Of a DNA stretch of 64,000 nucleotides, positions 37,301 through 47,094 are shown in pieces. Position numbers and translations under genes: made by a program. The DNA is taken from positions 9,694 through 73,693 of the forward strand of contig DLLD01000015.1 in assembly GCA_002476605.1 (NCBI GenBank), in the 5' to 3' direction. The DNA is from Christensenella sp. UBA7571 (GTDB lineage: Bacteria > Bacillota > Clostridia > Christensenellales > CAG-917). How positions within the stretch are numbered: position 1 is the first letter of the stretch; each line of letters starts with the position of its first letter. The notes beneath the pieces were generated by a model. It was not told where the DNA came from. It searched no databases and saw only the letters and a list, made by a program, of their open reading frames with translations.

Positions 37301-37405
37301 CCAAATAGATGAAGAACAAGGAAGAGCCGTCCGTACGACAACCCAATTTACAAGTCGTAAATGAGTTGCGGGCGGACGGCTCTGACGCAGTTATTCGTTA
37401 TTTGG
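37301..37405 (-). repeat. Family B extended-hairpin module (variant with AGATGAAGAACAAGGAA arm), overlapping the stop codon of the M28 gene
   Basis: The outer stem is GAGCCGTCCG/CGGACGGCTC (37324-33/37373-82). The core is CAAC-CCAA-[TTTAC..GTAAA]-TGA-GTTG. P1 is CCAAATA/TATTTGG. On the minus strand the hairpin is followed by UUCCUUGUUCUUCAUCU. Confidence 0.7.
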
Positions 37406-38753
37406 TGCGGCTTTCCTCAATTTTGGAGATAACGCGGACGACTACGTCTAGTCCAAGCCCTACCGTGTCGGGGCTGAAACGCTCGGGAACGTCACGGAAG
37501 GTGTGATAGTAGTCGGACATAACGGGGTTTTGGGCGGCAAAGGTGATGGATTTGACACCGGCGCGTTGGAAAGGCGTTGAGTCGCACCCACCGACGGGGT
37601 TGGCAATGTTGCCGGGCTTTTTGATACCCGCTTCTTTCATTGCGTCGAAGAACATCTTTTCCAAGTCCTTGTCAAAGTGCGGGCAAAGCCAACTGTCACC
37701 GTGGATAACCTCGAAATGCTCTGCGTCGGCAATGGAGTCTATGTTGATGTGATAGGCGTTGTCGAGCATACCGTCGTCTTTATGCTTGCGAGTAAATGCG
37801 ATAGATCCGCGAAGACCGGACTCCTCCGCACCGACGTTGCAGTCGATAATACGGCAGTTTTTGGGCATTTTGTCGGGGTTTTCCTTGTAATACTTAACCA
37901 CTTGATACGCTATGGAAACGCCCGTTGCGTTGTCCATTGCACCTGGGGAGGCAATCTCTTCCGTCTTCTCGTTGTACATCGTGAGCAAGAATGAGCAAGC
38001 GATTGCAAGCGGTGAGCCGTAAAGCGCGATTTGGGAAAGTATTCCGTATGCTTCAAGCACGTTGAGGAGCGTGCGTTGGTCGAGGTTGTCACCGTATTGA
38101 TACATCATAATGAGCACGGTGAGCGCAATGCTGACCATAGTCACGAGCGCAACCGCGATTGCACCGAGACCGAGTCTCAACACGACGCCGACGAAGCCGA
38201 GCTTGTATTGCGAGGCACTGAGTTTGAGCGTCCAACTCGTATCGGTGTGTCCCGTAAGATAGATAGTGTAATCGTATTTGCCGTCTTCGGGAAGAAGCTC
38301 CGCATAAGTGTTTTGCGACACTTTGTGCTTGAAGCACCAGTCAAAGCAAGTGTGATATTTGAACACGCTGACGAAAAGCCAAATCCACACGCAAATCATA
38401 AACATCGTGCAGACGAAGTGTACCACCACTCCCGCGAAAGGCGAACCGAAACGCATTCTGGTGAATTGATACAAATCACCGCCGATGGACGACACCAAGA
38501 TTGCGATAAGCGTAAGAACGCAACCGATAATGCCCGCCCAACCCGCGTACGGAAGTCCGCCAATGGACGAGTGCGGTGCAAACACGAAGTTTTCGGTGAC
38601 GGGATTGAGACCTATCTCTTTGAGCTTGCCCGACATATAGTCGTGGTATTTTTTCTCGTTTTGAGAACCGGGAAGGCGCGGACCGATTTCGTTGGCGGCG
38701 TATTCCACCATCTTGTACGCATCGTCGCCGTACTTTTTGAGTTCTTCTCTCAT
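37398..38753 (-). CDS. M28 family metallopeptidase with an inserted multi-TM region (start trimmed)
   Basis: It has the M28 motifs GAMDNATGVS and NVGAEESGLRGS. The ATG at 38751-38753 is preceded by a GAGGA RBS. Confidence 0.75.
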   Translation of the reverse strand: MREELKKYGDDAYKMVEYAANEIGPRLPGSQNEKKYHDYMSGKLKEIGLNPVTENFVFAPHSSIGGLPYAGWAGIIGCVLTLIAILVSSIGGDLYQFTRMRFGSPFAGVVVHFVCTMFMICVWIWLFVSVFKYHTCFDWCFKHKVSQNTYAELLPEDGKYDYTIYLTGHTDTSWTLKLSASQYKLGFVGVVLRLGLGAIAVALVTMVSIALTVLIMMYQYGDNLDQRTLLNVLEAYGILSQIALYGSPLAIACSFLLTMYNEKTEEIASPGAMDNATGVSIAYQVVKYYKENPDKMPKNCRIIDCNVGAEESGLRGSIAFTRKHKDDGMLDNAYHINIDSIADAEHFEVIHGDSWLCPHFDKDLEKMFFDAMKEAGIKKPGNIANPVGGCDSTPFQRAGVKSITFAAQNPVMSDYYHTFRDVPERFSPDTVGLGLDVVVRVISKIEESRTK

Positions 38754-38824
38754 AATTTCCTCACTATCTTTTATTGTTATAAAATGCGAGCGCAAAATTA
38801 TGCGCTCGCACACTAAAACCTATT

Positions 38825-40108
38825 TTATTTGGTGATTTTTTCCATACCGCCCATATACTTGCGAAGCACTTCGGGGATAGTTACGCTACCGTCGGCGTTT
38901 TGGAATTGCTCGACGATTGCGGGGATAAGGCGGGACGTTGCAAGACCGCTGCCGTTGAGCGTATGCACGTATTGGGGTTTGCCGGTCTTGGAGTCGCGAT
39001 AACGCGTGTTGTTGCGACGCGCTTGATAATCGTTGGCGTTGGATACGGAAGAACATTCCTTATAAATGCCCATAGACGGAATCCAAAGCTCGACATCGTA
39101 CGTTCTTGCCATAGACGCGGAGCAATCTCCCGCGGCAAGCTTGCTGACTCTGAAATGCAAGCCGAGTTGCTCGACGAGACGAGACGCCTTTTCTACGAGC
39201 TCCTCAAACGCTTCTTTGCTGTGTTCGGGGTGAGCGTATTGCACCATTTCGATTTTGTTGAATTGGTGACCTCTTATCATACCTCTCTCTTCCGCTCTTG
39301 CGCTGCCCGCTTCTTTTCTGAAACAAGGAGAATATGCAAAGAACTTCATTGGGAGCTTGCTTTCGTCGATGATTTCACCCGCGTACATATTGACGAGCGC
39401 GGTCTCCGCGGTGGGAAGCATAAAGCGGTTGCGCTTTCTGTCCTCGTCGCAATCGAGCCAATACACTTCGTCGCTGAATTTGGGGAATTGACCCGCGCCG
39501 AAACCGCAATTGTAGCCGAGTTGGTAAGGCGGAAGGATAAATTCGTAACCGTCTTTGAGGTGTTCGTCCACGAAGTAGTTGAGCAACGCCCATTCCAAGC
39601 GTGCACCAACGCCTCTGTAAATCCAAAAACCGTTACCCGAGAGTTTTACGCCTCTTTCATAGTCAATCATACCGAGGTCGGTGCAGATATCCACGTGGTT
39701 TTTGAGCGGGAAATCGAATTTGGGTTGTTCACCAACGATTTTGATAACCTTGTTGTTTTCCTTTTCACCGGGGAGCAAGTCTTCGTCGGGAATATTGGGC
39801 ATACAAGCAAGCGTATCGTTGATTTTGGCGATGAGCTCGTTGATTTTGGCGTCACCCGCGGCAATCTCGTCACCGAGTTTTCTCATCTCGTCAAAGATAG
39901 GCTCGACGGGTTGTCCCGCTTTTTTGAGAACGGGGATTTGTGCGGAGACTTTGTTCTTTTGCGCTTTGAGTTGCTCGATTTGCGTGATGGTGGCTTTTCT
40001 TTCGTCGTCCCACTTGATCACGTCGGTAAAGTCCGCTTTATATCCTTTTTTTGCAAGAGCGTCAACGACTTCTTGCGGGTTGTTTCTGATTCTGATAAGG
40101 TCTAACAT
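38825..40108 (-). CDS. serS: serine--tRNA ligase
   Basis: It has an N-terminal coiled-coil arm and class II motifs including GSGLATSRLIPAIVEQ. It is 427 aa long. Confidence 0.93.
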   Translation of the reverse strand: MLDLIRIRNNPQEVVDALAKKGYKADFTDVIKWDDERKATITQIEQLKAQKNKVSAQIPVLKKAGQPVEPIFDEMRKLGDEIAAGDAKINELIAKINDTLACMPNIPDEDLLPGEKENNKVIKIVGEQPKFDFPLKNHVDICTDLGMIDYERGVKLSGNGFWIYRGVGARLEWALLNYFVDEHLKDGYEFILPPYQLGYNCGFGAGQFPKFSDEVYWLDCDEDRKRNRFMLPTAETALVNMYAGEIIDESKLPMKFFAYSPCFRKEAGSARAEERGMIRGHQFNKIEMVQYAHPEHSKEAFEELVEKASRLVEQLGLHFRVSKLAAGDCSASMARTYDVELWIPSMGIYKECSSVSNANDYQARRNNTRYRDSKTGKPQYVHTLNGSGLATSRLIPAIVEQFQNADGSVTIPEVLRKYMGGMEKITK

Positions 40109-40153
40109 ATATCCCTCTATTGATTTTATTGTCTATTTTTGTGCGCTATGCGC

Positions 40154-42574
40154 TTATGCTATGATGTTTACGAGTCTTCCCGGCACGACGATAACTTTCT
40201 TGGGTGCGCCGTTAAGTTGGTCTTTTACCGCTTCGAGAGCCGCTTTTTCCACTTCTTCCTTGCTTGCACTGCTTGCAACGGTCACTCTACCGCGAAGTTT
40301 GGAGTTGATTTGCACGGCAAGTTCCACCTCGTCGAGCACCATTGCGGACGGATCGAATTTGGGATACGGTTGATTGAACACGCTATACTCTTGTCCGAGC
40401 ATTTCCCAAAGTTCCTCTGCAAAGTGCGGAGCGAACGGAGCGAGCAACAACACGAGGTCTTTTGCGCAGTCCTTGTAGAAAGCGTTCTTCTTGTCAACCG
40501 CGCTCTCGTACGCGTAGATTGCGTTGACGAATTCCATAAGACGAGCAACCGCCGTGTTGAATGAGAATATACCGAGGTCGTTGGTCACGCACTTGATGGT
40601 GTTGTGACGCACGCGATTGAGTTCCTTTTCCGCCTTGCCGAGCGGTTTTTCCTCGAAGTTGACTTCGTAGCACTTCTTGACGATGCGTTCCACTCTGTCG
40701 AAGAAACGATTGATGGAATCGAGACCGTTCTCGTTCCAAGGACCGCCCTCGATATAGTTGAAGCCGAACATAAGGTATACTCTGAATATATCCGCGCCGA
40801 ATTTGGAAATGCTGTCGTCGGGAGATACCACGTTACCGCGAGACTTGGACATCTTGTTGCCGTCCGGTCCTAAAATAGTGCCTTGGTGCACGAGCGACAA
40901 GAACGGTTCGTCAAAGTTGAGATAGCCCATATCTCTCAACGCCTTGGTGAAGAAGCGCGCGTAGAGGAGGTGCATACAAGCGTGTTCCGCACCGCCGATA
41001 TATTTGTCTACGGGGAGCATCTTGTTTATCCACTCGCTGTCGAACGGCTTGTCCGCGTTGTGCGCGTCGGGGTATCTCAAAAAATACCAACTTGAACACA
41101 CGAACGTATCGAGCGTGTCCGCGTCACGTTTTGCGGGGCGTCCGCAAACGGGGCATACGGTGTCCTCGAATTCTTTGCACTTTTTGAGCGGAGATTCTCC
41201 GTCGGGAGTAAAGTTGACGTTGTGCGGAAGAAGTACGGGCAAATCCTTTTCGGGAACGGGCACGTCACCGCAGTGTTCGCAGTGGATAATGGGGATAGGC
41301 GCACCCCAATAACGTTGACGGCTTACGAGCCAGTCGCGCAAACGATAGTTGGTTTTGAGACCGCCCTTGCCCATACTTTCGAGCTTTTTGAGAATTGCAA
41401 GCTTGCCTTCTTCGCTGGTCATACCGTCAAATTCACCGCTGTTGCAGAGAATTCCGTATTCGCAGAACGGCAAATCGTCATTTTGTCCGTCCTTGCCTTT
41501 TATGACTCTCTCAACGGGCAAACCGAGTTTTTGAGCAAACACGAAGTCACGCTCGTCGTGAGCCGCAACACCCATAACCGCGCCCGTGCCGTAGCTTGCG
41601 ATGACGTAGTCCGCAACCAAAATGGGCACTTCTCTGCCGTTGATGGGGTTGATTGCGTAAGAGCCGGTGAGCACGCCCGTCTTTTCTCTGGTCGAGGACA
41701 AACGGTCGATTTCGGTTGCCTTTGCGCTCTTTTCCTTGTACGCTTCAACCGCTTCTTTTTGCTCGGGGGTTACCACGAGGTCAACGAGCGGACTTTCGGG
41801 AGCGAGAACGACATAGCTTACGCCGAATATCGTATCGGCTCTCGTCGTAAACACCTTGAAAGTGACATCTTTGCCTTTGACCGCAAACTCGATTTCTCCG
41901 CCGTAACTTCTGCCGATCCAGTTCTTTTGCATAAGTTTGGTCTTTTCCGGCCAATCGAGCTTGTCAAGACCTTCGAGCAATTCGTCCGCGTAAGCGGTTA
42001 TCTTGAAAAACCATTGATTGAGATTTTTGTGAGTGACTTGACTTCCGCATCTTTCGCAAATACCGCCTTGCGCTTGTTCGTTGGCAAGCACGGTGTTGCA
42101 AGAGGGACACCAGTTGACGGGCGCTTCCTTGCGGTATGCCAAGCCCTTTTTGTAGAGTTGCAAAAACATCCATTGCGTCCACTTGTAGTAATCGGGCATA
42201 CAAGTCTTGATCTCGTAGTCCCAATCGTACATCGCGCCGATGCGTTTGAGTTGGTTCTCCATCGTTTCGATGTTTTTGAGAGTGCTTTCTTGGGGGTGAA
42301 TACCCGTCTTTATGGCGTAGTTTTCCGCGGGCAAACCGAACGCGTCGAAGCCCATCGGCTGGAACACTTCGTAACCTTGCATTCTCTTAAAGCGCGCAAA
42401 CGTGTCGGCAGGTCCGTAATTGTACCAGTGTCCTGCGTGAAGTTTTGCGCCCGAGGGATAAGAAAACATTTCGAGACAATAATATTTTTTGTCGACTTTT
42501 GAGCGGTCGAATTTATAAAGACCGGTTTCCGCCCATTTCTTTTGCCACTTTGCTTCAATTTGCTTATAGTCCAT
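40154..42574 (-). CDS. leuS: leucine--tRNA ligase
   Basis: It has HIGH-type [16 protein letters not shown] and KMSKSRGN, and is 806 aa long. Confidence 0.95.
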   Translation of the reverse strand: MDYKQIEAKWQKKWAETGLYKFDRSKVDKKYYCLEMFSYPSGAKLHAGHWYNYGPADTFARFKRMQGYEVFQPMGFDAFGLPAENYAIKTGIHPQESTLKNIETMENQLKRIGAMYDWDYEIKTCMPDYYKWTQWMFLQLYKKGLAYRKEAPVNWCPSCNTVLANEQAQGGICERCGSQVTHKNLNQWFFKITAYADELLEGLDKLDWPEKTKLMQKNWIGRSYGGEIEFAVKGKDVTFKVFTTRADTIFGVSYVVLAPESPLVDLVVTPEQKEAVEAYKEKSAKATEIDRLSSTREKTGVLTGSYAINPINGREVPILVADYVIASYGTGAVMGVAAHDERDFVFAQKLGLPVERVIKGKDGQNDDLPFCEYGILCNSGEFDGMTSEEGKLAILKKLESMGKGGLKTNYRLRDWLVSRQRYWGAPIPIIHCEHCGDVPVPEKDLPVLLPHNVNFTPDGESPLKKCKEFEDTVCPVCGRPAKRDADTLDTFVCSSWYFLRYPDAHNADKPFDSEWINKMLPVDKYIGGAEHACMHLLYARFFTKALRDMGYLNFDEPFLSLVHQGTILGPDGNKMSKSRGNVVSPDDSISKFGADIFRVYLMFGFNYIEGGPWNENGLDSINRFFDRVERIVKKCYEVNFEEKPLGKAEKELNRVRHNTIKCVTNDLGIFSFNTAVARLMEFVNAIYAYESAVDKKNAFYKDCAKDLVLLLAPFAPHFAEELWEMLGQEYSVFNQPYPKFDPSAMVLDEVELAVQINSKLRGRVTVASSASKEEVEKAALEAVKDQLNGAPKKVIVVPGRLVNIIA

Positions 42575-42615
42575 AAACTTTAAGCACTCCTATACTCTTA
42601 AAAATAATAATATTT

Positions 42616-42645
42616 AGTTTAATACCTAAATAGCGTCGTTGTCAA
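42616..42645 (-). promoter_or_regulatory. candidate sigma-A promoter of leuS-serS
   Basis: On the minus strand the sequence reads TTGACA (42645-42640), an 18-nt spacer, then TAAACT (42621-42616). A GGAG RBS precedes the ATG, which implies a leader of only about 40 nt. Confidence 0.45.
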
Positions 42646-42675
42646 GTGGTAAGAGAAAGCGCATATTTGCTACTT

Positions 42676-42953
42676 CGTAACTCCTCAAATGCAATGCCCC
42701 CTCTTTCCGGACACGCCGGCATTTCTCCCGCCACTCGTATAAGGGTATTTCTCTACAATATTATCCGTCGCTCGCGGGGGAGACAATCGGCACTCACATA
42801 AAAAAGTATCGTCCCCTTGTTATATCACTCGTTCGCCAACGAAAAGAACAACACTCGTTGGCTCACTTGTACTATCCGTCAAGTTCGGCGCTCCACCGCT
42901 CACCGCCTTGCGGTTCGAGTTCTGTCTCCGAAATTGCGCATAGCGTTTATAAG
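42676..42953 (+). repeat. Family C interspersed structured element, copy 2 (about 280 nt)
   Basis: It has the same conserved blocks as copies 1 and 3. Hairpins are GCCAACGA/TCGTTGGC (42835-42/42855-62) and ACCGC-CTT-GCGGT (42902-14). Confidence 0.75.
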
Positions 42954-43017
42954 CGCAGTATTGATTTTAGCCAGCAAAAGTGTTAAAATAAATTTTAGTA
43001 AAATATAGGGGTATGTT

Positions 43018-44472
43018 ATGAAAAAAGTTGTTACTGCGCTTATTACGCTATTGCTTATATGTTGCGCCGTTATATTCTGTGCGTGCAACGATAGGGGTAC
43101 ACCGAAAGGCGCAACCACCGACGGCTACGTGCAGACGCAAGGCGTCAAAATCGTGGACGGAGAAGGCAACGCAATAGGTCTTTACGGCACTAATCTCGGC
43201 GGTTGGCTCGTGCAAGAGAGTTGGCTCGTCCCCACCGATATCGGCGGTGAGTACGGACAAATCGATATGATGCTCTCGCTTGCAAACAGATTCGGGCTTG
43301 ACGGAATGAACCGACTTCTCAACGTATATATGGACAATTGGCTTACGGAAGCGGACTTTGCAAATATCGCAAATCTCGGTTTCAACTGCGTGCGTATCCC
43401 CTTCACCTATCTCAACCTCACCAACGCCGTAACGCTCGATGAAACGACGGGCACGTACGTGCGCACTCCGTTTGAGGATTTGCAAATTCAAGAAAGCGGA
43501 TTTGCTCGTCTCGATTGGGCACTTTCTATGTGCGAAAAATACGGACTTTACGCCATACTCGATATGCACGGTGCGGTGGGCTCTCAAAGCGGAAACGACC
43601 ACACGGGCGACATTGCCTACCCGAATAGCGGACTTTTGTGGAAAGACGACGAAACGGGCACAATTTGCCGTCAAAAAACCAAAGAAATTTGGGTTGCGAT
43701 TGCGCAAAGATACAAAAACAACAAGTCCGTTGCGATGTACGACCTCATCAACGAACCGGGCATCAAATACCCCATCGTGGGACAACTTACCGACTCGACC
43801 ACGGCGGAATATCACGACGAACTTTACAAAGCAATACGAAACGTTGACCCCGTGCACGTTATTTGTATGGAGTCCTGCTGGTCGGCAATCAATCTTCCAA
43901 ATCCGTCGGAATACGGCTGGACGAACGTCGTGTACGAATATCACCACTACAACTGGGCAAGCAGCGGTATTCCCAACGACGTATATTACTCGAGACTTAT
44001 CGACGACAACGCCGAATCGGGACACGGAGTGCCGATTTTGATTGGCGAATTTAACGTTTGGGGCGACGCTCACGACGACAAAATTAACAAATGGAACGGT
44101 TCTCGCACTTCCACTCAAACGGACGAGCAAGCGTGGGACGGCGCGATGGAACTTTATTGCGACCTCGGTTGGAACTTCACCACTTGGAATTTCAAGCACG
44201 CTGCCGAGCACTCCTCTTGGGGTATATTCAACTACGATAAAAACGTTGCCGACATCGATAAACAAGCCAACTATCTCACTATGACGGAAGAGGAAATCGC
44301 AACGATTTGGGCAAGACACAACTCACAAAATTACGTCGTAAACCAAACGCTCGTGGATTGCATAACTCCGCATATCGCGCACTTCAACGTCAACGGCAAC
44401 GACACGAGAAAAACCGACGAAATCACCAAGGACTATTATATTCTCCGTCAAAACTACGCTTGGGCAAATTAG
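43018..44472 (+). CDS. glycoside hydrolase family 5 lipoprotein
   Basis: It has a lipoprotein signal (LLICCAVIFCAC) and the GH5 catalytic motifs DLINEPG (acid/base) and LIGEFN (nucleophile). Confidence 0.8.
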   Translation: MKKVVTALITLLLICCAVIFCACNDRGTPKGATTDGYVQTQGVKIVDGEGNAIGLYGTNLGGWLVQESWLVPTDIGGEYGQIDMMLSLANRFGLDGMNRLLNVYMDNWLTEADFANIANLGFNCVRIPFTYLNLTNAVTLDETTGTYVRTPFEDLQIQESGFARLDWALSMCEKYGLYAILDMHGAVGSQSGNDHTGDIAYPNSGLLWKDDETGTICRQKTKEIWVAIAQRYKNNKSVAMYDLINEPGIKYPIVGQLTDSTTAEYHDELYKAIRNVDPVHVICMESCWSAINLPNPSEYGWTNVVYEYHHYNWASSGIPNDVYYSRLIDDNAESGHGVPILIGEFNVWGDAHDDKINKWNGSRTSTQTDEQAWDGAMELYCDLGWNFTTWNFKHAAEHSSWGIFNYDKNVADIDKQANYLTMTEEEIATIWARHNSQNYVVNQTLVDCITPHIAHFNVNGNDTRKTDEITKDYYILRQNYAWAN

Positions 44473-44553
44473 TGCAACGGCAAAAAACCGTTAAGTGTGG
44501 ACACAAGGCTTGCTTTGTGATACAATAATTCAATCAAAATACATAGAGGCGTT

Positions 44554-45165
44554 ATGTTTGTTTCATTTGAAGGTTGCGAAGGTGTAGGAAAATCCACGCA
44601 ACTCAAACTTCTCAAAAACTATCTCGACTCCACTTCCCAACAAGCGGTCTACGTTCGCGAGCCGGGAAGCACGGACATCAGCGAACAAATCCGCAAGGTC
44701 ATACTCAATCCGCAAAACACCGCGATGACTGACGTAACCGAGGCGTATCTTTACGCGTCCAGCCGTGCGCAACTCGTGCGCGAAGTCATCAAGCCGGCAC
44801 TTGCCGAGGGCAAGCTCGTAATATGCGACAGATACGTGGACAGTTCGGTTGCCTACCAAGGCTACGGAAGAGGTATGGGTGCGGACAAAATTTGGCAAAT
44901 TAACGCCAATGCAATCGACGGTTGTTTGCCCGACGTGACGATTTTCCTCGACTTGAAACCCAGCGAATCTTGGCGCACTTTCAGAATGCCCGACGACAGA
45001 TTGGAGCAAGAATCCAACGAGTTTTTCGACAGAGTATATGAGGGCTTTGACACCGAAATCAAGCGTTCAAACGGTCGTTTCGTACGCATAAAACCCGATT
45101 TTGATAAAAACGTGACTTCTCAAAAGATAATTCAAGCTTTGAGAGAAAGAGGTGCTATAAAGTGA
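44554..45165 (+). CDS. tmk: dTMP kinase
   Basis: It has the P-loop FEGCEGVGKSTQ and the DRY motif region (CDRYVDSSVAYQG). Confidence 0.92.
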   Translation: MFVSFEGCEGVGKSTQLKLLKNYLDSTSQQAVYVREPGSTDISEQIRKVILNPQNTAMTDVTEAYLYASSRAQLVREVIKPALAEGKLVICDRYVDSSVAYQGYGRGMGADKIWQINANAIDGCLPDVTIFLDLKPSESWRTFRMPDDRLEQESNEFFDRVYEGFDTEIKRSNGRFVRIKPDFDKNVTSQKIIQALRERGAIK

Positions 45166-46136
45166 ACGAAATCACCTTTGAAAAATCTTTGCGCGCGTCA
45201 AAAGCGTTTTCGCTGATAAGCAGTGATTTGAAGACGGGGCTAGGCCACGCCTATATGATCGTGTCTCCCGACGACGAAATCGTGGACGAACTTTTTATGC
45301 TTACGGCAGCGAGCGTGTATTGCGTATCGCACGACGCTTGTCTCGATTGCGCGGAATGCAAAAAGGTGCTTCACAACAACCACCCCGACATATTCCACCT
45401 CTACCCCGTCAAGGACAAAATCAAGGTTGAGGACATCGAAGGACTTTTGGACACGGTCTCGGTCAAGTCGCTTTCGGGACGCAAACTTTATTTTATCCAC
45501 AGAGCGGATTTGATGAACGTGCAAGCGCAAAACAAGCTTCTCAAAACGCTTGAAGAACCGCCGTCGGACGTGACGATTTTCCTCGGCGTTGCCAACGAAG
45601 CGGGTATGCTCGACACCATCAAGTCGCGCACGAGAGAGATATACGTCGACATATTTGACGAGGACGTCGTATACGATGCAATGCTCGCACTCGGTCTCGA
45701 CAAGGAGATGAGCGCGATTGCCGCCACTTGCAGTGAGGGACAATTGGGCAAAGCGCGCAAAATCGCAACTTCCCCAAAGTACGCCGATTTATACAAGAGT
45801 GCGCTCTACGTCCTCAACAATCTTGCACGAAGCAACGACGTCGTAAAGGTGGACGGAATTATCGCAACGCAAGAGGATATCCAAGGATTTTTGGACGTTC
45901 TCTCCATTATTTTGCGAGATATGCTCGTAAGCAAACAAAACGAAAAAATGATGTTGTCCAAACACGTCAGCGAGGACATAATAAATTTGAGCGGTCGATA
46001 CAGCGAGCGCGCCGTTGCCGAGATTATCCTCAAAATCAACGCCGTGCGCAAAAAACTCGCGCTCAACGTCAGCACAATCGCGACGATTGACGACTTGCTC
46101 TTCTCTATATTGGAGGTTAGACACAAATGGCAGTAA
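45162..46136 (+). CDS. holB: DNA polymerase III subunit delta'
   Basis: It has a Cys cluster (CVSHDACLDCAECKKV) and an AAA+-like core lacking a canonical P-loop. It sits in the conserved tmk-holB-yaaT order, with a 4-nt overlap. Confidence 0.8.
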   Translation: MNEITFEKSLRASKAFSLISSDLKTGLGHAYMIVSPDDEIVDELFMLTAASVYCVSHDACLDCAECKKVLHNNHPDIFHLYPVKDKIKVEDIEGLLDTVSVKSLSGRKLYFIHRADLMNVQAQNKLLKTLEEPPSDVTIFLGVANEAGMLDTIKSRTREIYVDIFDEDVVYDAMLALGLDKEMSAIAATCSEGQLGKARKIATSPKYADLYKSALYVLNNLARSNDVVKVDGIIATQEDIQGFLDVLSIILRDMLVSKQNEKMMLSKHVSEDIINLSGRYSERAVAEIILKINAVRKKLALNVSTIATIDDLLFSILEVRHKWQ

Positions 46137-46984
46137 TTGTCGGAATAAAATTCAAAAACACCAACAAGGTGTACTACTTCGATCCAAAAGGTATCGAATT
46201 TAACGAAGGCGACGGCGTCATCGTGGAGACGGCGCGCGGTTTGGAATACGCCACTTGCACCATACCCAACAAGGACGTCGACGATAAAGAAATCGTGCAA
46301 CCATTGAAGCCCGTCGTGCGCAAAGCCACCCCCGAAGACGTCAAAAAGGTGGAAAAAAACAGACAAGACAAGGAGCACGCCCTCAAAGTCATTCGCGAAA
46401 AAGTGGCGGAAATGAACGTCGATATGAAGCTCGTCGACGCCGAATACACCTTTGACCGCTCCAAGCTCATCTTCTACTTCACCGCAGAAGGCAGAGTGGA
46501 TTTCAGAGAGCTCGTGCGCGTGCTTGCGTCAATATTCAAAGTGCGTATAGAACTCCGCCAAATTTACGAGCGCGACGACACCAAAATGCGCGGTGCACTT
46601 GCTCCTTGCGGACGTCCGTGTTGCTGCACCACCCACTTGCCCGACTTTGAAAAAGTGTCCATAAAAATGGCAAAAGTGCAAGGTTTGAGCCTCAATCCGC
46701 AAAAAATCAGCGGTGTTTGCGGTAGACTTATGTGCTGTTTGAAATACGAAAACGCCTATTACAGCGAAGTGTACAAACTTATGCCCAAAGTGGGTAGCAA
46801 AGTGCACACTCCCGACGGTGAAGGCACGGTTGAATCCAACGACCTCATCAAGCAAACCGCACGCGTAAAAGTTATGCTCAAAGACGGCAGTTTCGACGTC
46901 AAAACCTACGCCCTCGACGATATGAAGATCGGTGAACGCCAATCCACGGCGGAGATTGACGCAATGCCGGATAAAGAAGAGTAG
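46127..46984 (+). CDS. ricT: PSP1-domain regulatory protein RicT/YaaT (stage 0 sporulation protein)
   Basis: It has a PSP1 domain and a C-terminal Cys cluster (PCGRPCCC...CGRLMCCLKYE). Confidence 0.85.
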   Translation: MAVIVGIKFKNTNKVYYFDPKGIEFNEGDGVIVETARGLEYATCTIPNKDVDDKEIVQPLKPVVRKATPEDVKKVEKNRQDKEHALKVIREKVAEMNVDMKLVDAEYTFDRSKLIFYFTAEGRVDFRELVRVLASIFKVRIELRQIYERDDTKMRGALAPCGRPCCCTTHLPDFEKVSIKMAKVQGLSLNPQKISGVCGRLMCCLKYENAYYSEVYKLMPKVGSKVHTPDGEGTVESNDLIKQTARVKVMLKDGSFDVKTYALDDMKIGERQSTAEIDAMPDKEE

Positions 46985-46990
46985 CTTCGG

Positions 46991-47020
46991 TAGAGCCGTC
47001 CGATTTTCGGACGGCTCTTT
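46991..47020 (+). terminator. hairpin terminator after ricT
   Basis: The sequence is AGAGCCGTCCG-ATTTT-CGGACGGCTCT-TTC, with a short U tract. Confidence 0.55.
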
Positions 47021-47094
47021 CGACACCTATCTCGCACCGTTTTATAAAATATTTTTTATTAGATTATATCCGCATTACCCAAATTGTAATACGG

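Noticed and set aside
37301-37405. Possible self-cleaving ribozyme (hammerhead, twister or pistol), because of the GATGAAG motif and multi-stem fold.
   Set aside because: The hammerhead core CUGAUGA...GAAA is absent, as are the twister and pistol conserved nucleotides as far as I can recall them. This was judged from memory only, and cmscan would be decisive.
37309-37506. A 65-aa plus-strand ORF starting at the AGATGAAGAAC motif of a family B module.
   Set aside because: The equivalent ATG in the 48.25-kb module is followed by a stop after 9 codons. The ORF also overlaps the well-supported M28 peptidase gene on the other strand.
42905-42930. tRNA-like T-arm sequence GGTTCGAGTTC within family C copy 2.
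   Set aside because: No acceptor stem, D-arm or anticodon arm can be drawn around it, and the other two copies lack the GTTCGA motif at this position.
42575-43017. T-box riboswitch upstream of leuS.
   Set aside because: I saw no T-box core sequence or terminator/antiterminator pair. A good promoter lies only about 40 nt from the start codon, and the region is instead occupied by a repeat also present at two unrelated loci.
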